Assembly: GCA_024277255.1 (NCBI GenBank)
Contig: JAJRVQ010000048.1
Location: forward strand, 16,142 to 80,141
Direction of reading: 5' to 3'
DNA length: 64,000 nucleotides
Origin: Acidobacteriota bacterium
Lineage (GTDB): Bacteria; Acidobacteriota; Thermoanaerobaculia; Multivoradales; SZUA-115
Below are positions 9,690 to 17,714 of this stretch, piece after piece; position 1 is the stretch's first letter, and each line of letters begins with the position of its first letter. The notes below the pieces were generated by a model. The model was given only the letters and a program-made list of their open reading frames with translations, made no database searches and was not told where the DNA came from. Both the position numbers and the translations under genes were made by a program.

Positions 9690-10906
9690 TGAACATCTTG
9701 CTGATCGCTCCCGGTTTCCCTTCCGAGATGCCCTTCTTCACCCGTGGGCTGGCGAGGGTCGGCGCGCGGGTGATCGGTCTGGCCGACTCTCCCCAAGGCG
9801 CTCTGCCGGCGATGACCCGCGAAAGTCTCACCGCCTACATCCACGTACCGCGCCTGTTCGACGAAGCGGCGGTGATCGACACGCTGCGCCGCCACCCGCT
9901 GGCCGACAAGATCGACCGCATCGAGTGCTTGTGGGAGCCCGGCATGGTGCTGGCGGCGCGGCTGCGTGAAGCGCTCGATCTGCCCGGCATGAGCGTCGAG
10001 CAGACCCTTCCCTTCCGCGACAAGGAGGTGATGAAGCAGCTGCTCGACAACGCCGGGATTCGCACTCCGCTCCACGCCAGGGCGACCACCGACCAACAAG
10101 TGATGGAGGCGGCGGAGCGCATCGGCTTCCCGTTGATCGTCAAGCCGATCGCCGGCGCCGGCTCGGCCGACACCCACCGGGTCGACGATGCGGCCCAGCT
10201 GGAGGCGCTGCTACCGCGGCTGGCCCACGTCGCCGAAGTCAGTGTCGAAGAGTTCATCGACGGCGAGGAGTACACCTTCGACACCATCTCGGCCGATGGT
10301 GAGATCCTCTACTCCAACATCGCCTTCTACCGCCCCAGACCGCTGATCGCCCGCACCGTCGAGTGGATCAGCCCGCAGACCATCACCCTGCGCGACTTCG
10401 ATTCGCCCCACCTCGCCGGTGGCCGCGAGATGGGGGTCCGGGTGTTGAAGGCCCTCGGTTTCTCCACCGGTTTCAGCCACATGGAGTGGTACCGCACGGC
10501 GCAGGGAGAGGTGGTTTTCGGCGAGATCGGAGCCCGCCCTCCGGGCGCCCGCTCGGTGGAATTGATGAACTACGGCTGCGACTTCGACAGCTTCACCGGC
10601 TGGGCCGAAGCGGTCTGCACCGGCCGGCTGACGCAGAACTGGGAGAGGCGCTACAACGCCGCCATCATCTTCAAACGGGCCCAGGGCAACGGCCGCATCC
10701 AGCGCATCGAGGGGCTGGAGCGGCTCCTCGCCCGCTTCGGAGAGCACATCACCTCGGTGGAACTCTTACCCATCGGCGCCCACCGCCGCAACTGGCTACA
10801 GACTCTGATCTCCGACGGCTACGTCATCTTGCGCCATCCCCACCTGGCCACGACGATGGAAATGGCCGACCGGGTGGGTGTCGAGTTGCAGCTGTACGCG
10901 GGATAA
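9689..10906 (+). CDS. ATP-grasp domain protein (paralog of upstream gene)
   Basis: FRDKEVMK, GFPLIVKPIAGAGS, VEEFIDGEEY, SHMEWY, EIGARPPG; TGATG overlap with the previous gene. Confidence 0.85.
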   Translation: MNILLIAPGFPSEMPFFTRGLARVGARVIGLADSPQGALPAMTRESLTAYIHVPRLFDEAAVIDTLRRHPLADKIDRIECLWEPGMVLAARLREALDLPGMSVEQTLPFRDKEVMKQLLDNAGIRTPLHARATTDQQVMEAAERIGFPLIVKPIAGAGSADTHRVDDAAQLEALLPRLAHVAEVSVEEFIDGEEYTFDTISADGEILYSNIAFYRPRPLIARTVEWISPQTITLRDFDSPHLAGGREMGVRVLKALGFSTGFSHMEWYRTAQGEVVFGEIGARPPGARSVELMNYGCDFDSFTGWAEAVCTGRLTQNWERRYNAAIIFKRAQGNGRIQRIEGLERLLARFGEHITSVELLPIGAHRRNWLQTLISDGYVILRHPHLATTMEMADRVGVELQLYAG

Positions 10907-10915
10907 GCGCCGATG

Positions 10916-11437
10916 CTACACATAGCGCTCTTTGAGAACCGCCTTGTGGTGCAGATCGTGGCCACTCAGGATGTAGAGCAGAGCACGGACGGTGAGCCGG
11001 TTGCCTTCGACCAAACCGGCGCGGGAGAGTTGATCCGCGTCAAAGCTGCCGAAGAGGGTCAGACTGGCTCGGCGCACGGTGGCCAGTTCGGCCAGCAGAT
11101 CGCTCAACGAGCGGCGCTCACAACCGGCATCCTTGGCCCATTCATCTTGATCGCAACCGGGTAGTTCAAGGCCCGGCTGGCGGGCGAAGGCGAGGGCGCG
11201 GAAAGAGAACAACCGCTCCATGTCGATCATGTGGCCGAGCACCTCCTTGAGACTCCACTTGCCCGGCGCGTAGCCGCGTGAAGCCGCCGCGTCGTCGAGC
11301 GGTGCCAGCATCGAGCCCAGCCCGTCGTATTGCGCCGCCAGACCGTCGAGCAAGTCCTCGTGCCGCACAAGGTCCACGTAGGTACCGTAGAAGGGCGCAT
11401 ATTCATCGGAAGCCGGACGGTTGATGGTGAGCATCAT
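10916..11437 (-). CDS. DinB family protein
   Basis: RP..DEYAPFYGTYV, YAPGKWSLKEVLGHMID.ER, GHDLHH; AAGAGG RBS before the ATG at 11437. Confidence 0.85.
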   Translation of the reverse strand: MMLTINRPASDEYAPFYGTYVDLVRHEDLLDGLAAQYDGLGSMLAPLDDAAASRGYAPGKWSLKEVLGHMIDMERLFSFRALAFARQPGLELPGCDQDEWAKDAGCERRSLSDLLAELATVRRASLTLFGSFDADQLSRAGLVEGNRLTVRALLYILSGHDLHHKAVLKERYV

Positions 11438-11572
11438 GGGACCTCTTGAGGTGGAGATAGGTTGGGCTCTCGCCGGGTGGGCCGTGAGGGCGAAGCTCGC
11501 ACGCAGTAGAGTGCCGGCTATGCAGACCGACGAGACGCAGCCGGGCGCACAATACAACGCAGCGACCGGACG

Positions 11573-13105
11573 ATGAGCCACCGAGCCGCCGGAGTGCTCT
11601 TGCACCCGACTTCGCTGAGCGGCCCGTATGGCGTCGGTGACTTCGGTCCGCGGGCGGAGCGCTTCCTGGCCTGGGCGAGCGATGCCGGCTTGCGGCTGTG
11701 GCAGGTACTCCCCCTCTTTCCGGCCGGTGCCGGCAACTCGCCCTACTCGGCGCGCTCCACCTTCGCCGGCAATCCGCTGTTGATCTCGCCCGAGCGGTTG
11801 GTCGAGGACGGCCTGCTCGACGAGGACGATCTGGCACCACCCGAACAGCCGAGCGGCGGTCCGGTCGACTACCTGGCCGCCTGGCAGTGGAAGGAGCCGC
11901 GGCTGCGCAGGGCATGGCGGCGATTCCGCGACGCTCCTCCACCAGCCGTCCAGCGGCACTTCGAGCGCTTCGTCGCCGAGCAGGCGGCCGCCACAGGCCA
12001 CGCCGCCTGGTTGGAGGACTGGCTTGCCTACACCTGCCTGGCCCGTCGCTTTGAGGGGCGCTCGTGGGTCGATTGGCCTGCCCCCTTGCGCGATCGTGAG
12101 CCGGCGGCACTGAAAGCGGTGCGGCGCGAGCTGGCCGGCGAGATCGCCTTCGAGCGCTTCCTGCAATTTCTCGTCTTCGACCAATGGCGCCGCGTGCGGC
12201 GGGTTGCCGCCGAGGCCGGGATCCGGTTGATCGGCGACCTTCCGATCTACGTCGCCTTGGACAGCGCCGACGTCTGGGCCCACCGTGAACTGTTTGAACT
12301 CGATGCCAATGGCCGCCCCTTGGCCGTGGCCGGTGTGCCCCCCGACTATTTCAACGCCGAGGGTCAGCTGTGGGGCAACCCTCTCTACCGCTGGGATCGC
12401 ATGGCAGACGACGGCTTCGCCTGGTCGATCGAACGGGTGCGGGCCGCCCTGCGCATGACCGACCTGGTACGACTCGATCACTTTCGCGGCTTCGAGGCCT
12501 ACTGGCGGGTTCCGGCTGGCGAGGAGAGGATCAGCGCTACCGAAGGCAGCTGGGTACCGGGACCCGGCAAGGCGCTGTTCGACGCGTTACGCCAAGCGCT
12601 CGGCACGCTGCCGCTACTCGCCGAGGATCTGGGGGAGCTGACCCCTGCCGTCCATAGGCTGCGTGCCGAAGTCGGTCTACCCAGCATGAAGGTGCTGCAA
12701 TTCGCCTTCGGCGAGGCGGACAGCGAGCACCTGCCCCAACACTGGTCATCCGGCGATGTCGTCTACACCGGCACCCACGACAACGATACCCTGCGCGGCT
12801 GGTTCGAGCAGGCGCCAGCGAACGAGCAACGGCACGCACTCGATCTCGCGCAATGCGAACGAGAGCAGGTCGCTTGGGAGTTCATCCGAGTCGTCTACCA
12901 CTCCACCGCCGAGCGCATCGTCGTCCCCATGCAGGACTTCCTCAACCTTGGCAGCGCGGCGCGGATGAACACTCCGGGTACGCAGCTCGGTAACTGGCGA
13001 TGGCGGCTCGTTGAAGGTGCACTCACCAGGGAGCTTGCAGGTAAGCTGCGACAGCTGGCCGAAGAGAGTGGACGGTGGACCGAATCCGTGGAGAAGATCA
13101 AATGA
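11573..13105 (+). CDS. malQ: 4-alpha-glucanotransferase (amylomaltase, GH77)
   Basis: GVLLHPTSL, WQVLPL, GDLPIYV, GVPPDYF..GQLWGNP, RLDHFRG, AEDLG, YTGTHDNDT, RMNTPG..NW.WR. Confidence 0.95.
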   Translation: MSHRAAGVLLHPTSLSGPYGVGDFGPRAERFLAWASDAGLRLWQVLPLFPAGAGNSPYSARSTFAGNPLLISPERLVEDGLLDEDDLAPPEQPSGGPVDYLAAWQWKEPRLRRAWRRFRDAPPPAVQRHFERFVAEQAAATGHAAWLEDWLAYTCLARRFEGRSWVDWPAPLRDREPAALKAVRRELAGEIAFERFLQFLVFDQWRRVRRVAAEAGIRLIGDLPIYVALDSADVWAHRELFELDANGRPLAVAGVPPDYFNAEGQLWGNPLYRWDRMADDGFAWSIERVRAALRMTDLVRLDHFRGFEAYWRVPAGEERISATEGSWVPGPGKALFDALRQALGTLPLLAEDLGELTPAVHRLRAEVGLPSMKVLQFAFGEADSEHLPQHWSSGDVVYTGTHDNDTLRGWFEQAPANEQRHALDLAQCEREQVAWEFIRVVYHSTAERIVVPMQDFLNLGSAARMNTPGTQLGNWRWRLVEGALTRELAGKLRQLAEESGRWTESVEKIK

Positions 13106-14160
13106 CCTGGAAACTGCCGATCGATGCCATTCTCGCCACTACGCCACTGGCTGGAGGAGCCGCGCCGGCGCAACAGATCGGCCGTTCGCGCGCCGATCGA
13201 CCGATCCACGGCTACACCTTCGGGCAGGGTCCGCTGACCATCAGCCTGATTGCCGGCTGTCACGCCGACGAGCCGGTCGGCCCCGCGATGCTCGATCGGC
13301 TGGCCGCCTACCTCGCCCAACTGCCCACCTCGCATACGCTCCTCAAAGCGGCCTCTTGGCGGCTGGTGCCCCACGTCAACCCGGACGGTGAGGCGCGCAA
13401 CGCCGGCTGGTCCCACCCCTTCCCCGCCGATGACCAGGGCTACGACCTGGCCGCCTACCTGCTCCAGGTCGAACGCGAACCGCCGGGCGACGATGTCGAG
13501 TTCGGCTTTCCGCACGACGGCGCCGACCACGCCGCGCGCACCGAGAACCGCGCCGTCGCCACCTTCCTCGCCGCGGGTGGTTCCTACAACCTCCACGCCA
13601 CCTTCCACGGCATGGCCTTCGCCGCCGGTCCCTGGTTCCTGATCGAAGAGGGGTGGATCGGCCGCACCGCTGCAATGCGCGTGAGCTTGCGCCAGACGGT
13701 GGGCGCCCTCGGCTACCGGCCGCACGACGTCGATCGCCGGGGCGAGAAGGGATTCACTCGCATCGACGAAGGCTTCACCACCCGCCCCGACTCGCGGGCC
13801 ATGCGCCGCTTCTTCACCGAACGGGGCGAGCCTGAAACCGCCGCCCTCTTCCGGCCCAGCTCGATGGAGTACGTCCGCACGCTAGGCGGCGAACCGCTGA
13901 CCCTGGTCTCCGAGATGCCGCTCTTCCTCTATCCCCACCAGGCGAGCCATCAAGGCGAACCGCCACTGCCCACAGAACCGAAGTCGGCCCGCCGGTTCGT
14001 CGCTTGGGCCCACCATCTGGCGGCAGAGCAAGGAGCCGAGGCGCTGGCCGTGCAGTCGCGAATACTCGGTCTGCACCCGATGCCGATCGGCGACCAGATG
14101 CGGCTACAGCTCTCCTTCCTGGAGGCCGGCATCCGGGCGGTAGCGAGTTCATCTGCCTGA
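13102..14160 (+). CDS. M14-family zinc carboxypeptidase-like protein
   Basis: IGRSRADRPI, GCHADEP (HxxE), PHVNPDG, TFHG; ATGA overlap with the malQ stop. Confidence 0.75.
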   Translation: MTWKLPIDAILATTPLAGGAAPAQQIGRSRADRPIHGYTFGQGPLTISLIAGCHADEPVGPAMLDRLAAYLAQLPTSHTLLKAASWRLVPHVNPDGEARNAGWSHPFPADDQGYDLAAYLLQVEREPPGDDVEFGFPHDGADHAARTENRAVATFLAAGGSYNLHATFHGMAFAAGPWFLIEEGWIGRTAAMRVSLRQTVGALGYRPHDVDRRGEKGFTRIDEGFTTRPDSRAMRRFFTERGEPETAALFRPSSMEYVRTLGGEPLTLVSEMPLFLYPHQASHQGEPPLPTEPKSARRFVAWAHHLAAEQGAEALAVQSRILGLHPMPIGDQMRLQLSFLEAGIRAVASSSA

Positions 14161-14169
14161 GACAGCTCG

Positions 14170-14208
14170 CGTGGGCCCCTCTGCGGCGCGGCGTCCAAGG
14201 GGCCCACG
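14170..14208. terminator. Inverted repeat between convergent genes (possible terminator)
   Basis: CGTGGGCCCCT-N17-AGGGGCCCACG; no clear U tract. Confidence 0.4.
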
Positions 14209-14223
14209 AAGCGTGTTCATTCG

Positions 14224-15327
14224 CTACGGACAGGTGGCGAAGGCGGCCGTGTCAAGCACCGGCACGGCGTTGGTGGCCGCCGGGTTCGAGTAACTCTTGA
14301 CCTCACCGGTGGCCGTGTCGGTGACGGTCAGGGTGAACTCTACGTTGGTCGTCGCCGCCGAGAAGACCCAGTAGTGGTTGTTGACCCCACAGCCATCGAG
14401 CACCTTGACGAGCATTTCCCGGTTCGACGGCTGGAAGAACCAGAAGGTGCCCGAATCGAGATCGAGCGGCACCGCCGGAGCCATCTCCGCTCCGCCATTG
14501 CCGTTCGGATCGATAAATTCGGCTTCAACGCGGAAGCGGTTCTGGTTGAGACAGAGAACATTCGGACCACCGAGGCAGCCGTCCAGCTGGCCGCGAAGCT
14601 CACCCGGTGGGTAGGCCGCCGAATGAACCTGGTAGTACAGCTCGCCGTCGCGCAGCATCTCGAGTTCGTCCACGCTGAGCGACCAGACAGCATGGATGGG
14701 GCTGGTGGCGTCGCCAAGATCGAAGATCACCGGCCCGTTGCCATCGCGAGGACCGGCGTGCACATGGGCAGCAACGGCATCTTGGACATCGTGGGCGCAA
14801 TCGATGGTCAGATCACTGCCGTTGAGCACCGCCGAACAACCGCCCGAGGCCTCCGTGACCACCGGCGGCACCACCTCGTCGCCGGACAGCGCAGTGCGCA
14901 GCCGCTCGCGCCCCGCCTCCGCCACCGGCACGATCTGGCCGCGCACGTCACCCGGAGGATTCGCCGTCGAATGCACATTGACGTAGAACCGCTCAGCGCG
15001 CAGGTTGGCCAGATCTTCGGCAGACAGGGCCCAGGTGGCATCGATCGGACTCGCAGCATCACCCAGGCTGAAGACAACCGGGCCGGCTTGGCCGGCAACG
15101 CCGAGGTGAATATGGGCGGCGGTAGCATCCGCAACGCTATGCGTGCAATGGACGGTGAGTTCGCTGTCGTCGCCGTTGAGCGTCGCCACACAGCGACCGC
15201 TCGCCTCGCTGAAGCTGCGCGGAACCGTTTGCAGCTCGTTGAGGCTGAAGACGAAACCGCGCTGTGCCGAAACCGGCACGGCGAACAAGACCAGGGTGAG
15301 AAGCAGAAGAGAGAGTCGATTTTTCAA
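14224..15327 (-). CDS. Secreted protein with two CHRD domains and a Cys-containing C-terminal module
   Basis: TTG start after AGGAG; signal peptide ending VSA-Q; two copies of AAHIH/AAHVH...Y.NVHS/QVHS..P.G(D/E).RGQ. Confidence 0.8.
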   Translation of the reverse strand: MKNRLSLLLLTLVLFAVPVSAQRGFVFSLNELQTVPRSFSEASGRCVATLNGDDSELTVHCTHSVADATAAHIHLGVAGQAGPVVFSLGDAASPIDATWALSAEDLANLRAERFYVNVHSTANPPGDVRGQIVPVAEAGRERLRTALSGDEVVPPVVTEASGGCSAVLNGSDLTIDCAHDVQDAVAAHVHAGPRDGNGPVIFDLGDATSPIHAVWSLSVDELEMLRDGELYYQVHSAAYPPGELRGQLDGCLGGPNVLCLNQNRFRVEAEFIDPNGNGGAEMAPAVPLDLDSGTFWFFQPSNREMLVKVLDGCGVNNHYWVFSAATTNVEFTLTVTDTATGEVKSYSNPAATNAVPVLDTAAFATCP

Positions 15328-15463
15328 TGCAAAAACTCCTTGGGCAAGGGTGTCTCTGACGGGCAGCCGCGGCTTACCCTCCGCAGCGGACCAGAAAACT
15401 GAGGACATCCAGTGCTGCGTGAGTACCCGCCCGCGGTCTCCCGGTTCTATGGGTCCGGGGGTT

Positions 15464-15904
15464 CTAGCGATCCGGCGACCAACCGGGCGGCGCCAACTCA
15501 AAGCTGGCAAAATCGAAGGCCGGTGAGACCGTGCAGCCGGCCAGCGTCCACTCTCCCAGCGTCCTCGCCCTCTGCCAGGCGCCCGCCGGAATGATCCACT
15601 GGGGTCGTTCTTGTGCCAGCAGACCGGGACCCAGTCGGTGGATCACCGGCTTCTCACCTTCGCCGGCCACGCTCAACTCAAGCGGCGCGCCGGCATAGAA
15701 GTGCCAGATTTCTAGTGCGTCGTTCAACCGGTGCCAGCTCGACGGTTGCCCGGCACGGAGCAGAAAGTAGATCGCCGAAGACAAGCCCCGGCCACCGCCT
15801 TGCCCCTCATCCCGGTAGGTGTTGCGATAGAAGCCACCCTCGGGGTGAGCCTGCAAGTCGAGAAGGGCGATCACTGCATCCGCGGTCAAGTCCGTTGCAA
15901 CCAT
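15464..15904 (-). CDS. Cupin_5 (DUF985) family protein
   Basis: L.L.AHPEGGFYR.TY, AIYFLL, SWHRL, EIWHFYAGAPL, GCTVSPAFDF..FEL. Confidence 0.9.
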   Translation of the reverse strand: MVATDLTADAVIALLDLQAHPEGGFYRNTYRDEGQGGGRGLSSAIYFLLRAGQPSSWHRLNDALEIWHFYAGAPLELSVAGEGEKPVIHRLGPGLLAQERPQWIIPAGAWQRARTLGEWTLAGCTVSPAFDFASFELAPPGWSPDR

Positions 15905-15955
15905 GCGGGAAGTCTACCTTCGACGCTCACCGCGCCCTGATGTAAAGTGCGTCCA

Positions 15956-16231
15956 GTGCCCCAGAATGCCAACCTTCCGAAGGGCCTCCGGCTCTTCTCT
16001 CCCGGCACGCCCGCCAAGCTGCGCCGGGTGAAGCTTCTCTTTGCCTGCGTGGTGGTCGCCGCCGCCGCGGCTCTGGTTTGGCCGGTGCTCTTCTGGCTCG
16101 CCGGGCCACGGCCGTTCATTCTGGGGCTGCCGTTGCCCTTCGCCTGGATCATTCTCTGGCTTCTGATCGTCTTCGCGGCACTGGTCTGGCTCTACCGCAC
16201 CGAACACTCCGACCAGAGCGGGCTGCGATGA
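15956..16231 (+). CDS. Small two-TM accessory protein of SSS transporter (DUF3311/DUF485-like)
   Basis: PFILGLPLPFAWIILW; directly upstream of the symporter; in-frame GTG 7 nt after TAAAGT. Confidence 0.7.
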   Translation: MPQNANLPKGLRLFSPGTPAKLRRVKLLFACVVVAAAAALVWPVLFWLAGPRPFILGLPLPFAWIILWLLIVFAALVWLYRTEHSDQSGLR

Positions 16232-16244
16232 ACGGGGCGCGCTG

Positions 16245-17714
16245 ATGGATCCGGCGATGATCGCCCTGACCATTTGTGGTCTCTACCTGCTGGCCAGCCT
16301 GGTGATGGGATTGGTGCCGGGGTTCAAGGTGTCATCCAGCGTCACCGGCTATGTGGCCGGCGACCGGGCGATGAATGTGCTGGTCCTCTACTTTGTGATC
16401 GGCGCCTCCATCTTCTCCTCGTTCGCCTTCTTGGGAGGCCCCGGCTGGGCCTACTCACGCGGCATGGCGGCGCTGTACATCATCGCTTACGGTACCTTGG
16501 GCATGGTGCCGCTCTATTTTCTAGGACCCAAGGCACGCCGCGTCGGCGAGCGATTCGGCTTCGTCACCCAGGCGGCGATGCTCGCCCACCGCTATGACAG
16601 CAAGGCGCTCTCGGTACTGCTGGCGATCCTCTCGGTCGCCGTCTTCATCCCCTACCTGACGCTGCAAATGGAGGGCGCCGGCCTCATTCTGTCGACGATC
16701 AGCGGCGGGCTGATCTCGCAACCGGTCGGCGCGGCGATTCCCTACCTGGTGGTTCTCGTCTACGTCCTCTACTCCGGAGTGATGGGAGTCGGCTGGACCA
16801 ACACCTTCCAGGGCATTTTCATGATGGTGATCGCCTGGTTCCTCGGCCTTTGGCTTCCCTACAAGCTCTATGGCGGCGTCGGAGCCATGTTCGAACAAAT
16901 TGCCGCCAGCGACCAGGCGGCACTCCTACAGGCCCCGGGACAGCTACCCAGCGGCGAGCCGTGGAACTGGTGGGGCTTCAGCTCCGCCGTTGCCGTCTCC
17001 GCCATCGGTTTCTCCGTTTGGCCGCACTTCTTCATGAAGAGTTTCGCCGCCCGCAGCGAGCGTGCGATGAAGAAGACGATCGTCCTTTACCCGACCTTCC
17101 AGCTCTTTCTGGTACCGATTCTGTTGATCGGCTTCGCCGGCATCCTGCGATTTCCCGGCGTGGAGCCGGCCGATCGCATCCTGCCCCACCTGCTGACCCA
17201 GCTGGAACTCTCGCCGATTCTCGTCGGATTGGTCTGCGCCGGTACCCTGGCGGCGTCGATGTCCTCGGGCGACGCCATTCTCCACGCCGCTGCCAGCATC
17301 GGGATTCGCGATGGTCTGGCAAAGCTCAGCTCTCGCCAGCTCGGTGACCGGAATGAACGTCTCTATATCCGGATTCTGGTGGTGGTAGTGGCGCTCGTCG
17401 CCTACTACTTCGCCATCAACTCGGAGGTCTCGCTGGTCAGCTTGCTCCTCGCCTCCTACGGCGGGGTGGCCCAGATCTTTCCCTTGGTCTTCGCCGCTTT
17501 CTACTGGCCTCGGGCGACCGGCAGCGGTGCTCTGGCCGGCCTCATCGCCGGCATCGCCGTCAACACCCTATTCCTCATCGCGCCCGACCTCAAGCCGCTC
17601 CCCATGCATGAAGGCATCTACGGCCTGACGGCCAACCTGGCCCTCTTCATCCCGGTCAGCCTGCTGACCAAGCCGCATTCTGCTGAACGGATCAGCGCTT
17701 ACACGAACGGCTGA
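16245..17714 (+). CDS. Sodium:solute symporter family protein
   Basis: Many TM helices, YVAGDR, SSFAFLGGPGWAY, V.WTNTFQG, AASMSS, AFYWPRAT..GALAG. Confidence 0.9.
   Translation: MDPAMIALTICGLYLLASLVMGLVPGFKVSSSVTGYVAGDRAMNVLVLYFVIGASIFSSFAFLGGPGWAYSRGMAALYIIAYGTLGMVPLYFLGPKARRVGERFGFVTQAAMLAHRYDSKALSVLLAILSVAVFIPYLTLQMEGAGLILSTISGGLISQPVGAAIPYLVVLVYVLYSGVMGVGWTNTFQGIFMMVIAWFLGLWLPYKLYGGVGAMFEQIAASDQAALLQAPGQLPSGEPWNWWGFSSAVAVSAIGFSVWPHFFMKSFAARSERAMKKTIVLYPTFQLFLVPILLIGFAGILRFPGVEPADRILPHLLTQLELSPILVGLVCAGTLAASMSSGDAILHAAASIGIRDGLAKLSSRQLGDRNERLYIRILVVVVALVAYYFAINSEVSLVSLLLASYGGVAQIFPLVFAAFYWPRATGSGALAGLIAGIAVNTLFLIAPDLKPLPMHEGIYGLTANLALFIPVSLLTKPHSAERISAYTNG

Noticed and set aside
15330-15460. 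Riboswitch in the CHRD gene leader (hairpins, CCCGTCAG fragment)
   Set aside because: Some pairing is possible, but I cannot match a full consensus of any known riboswitch; GC-rich DNA folds by chance. An Rfam scan would settle it.
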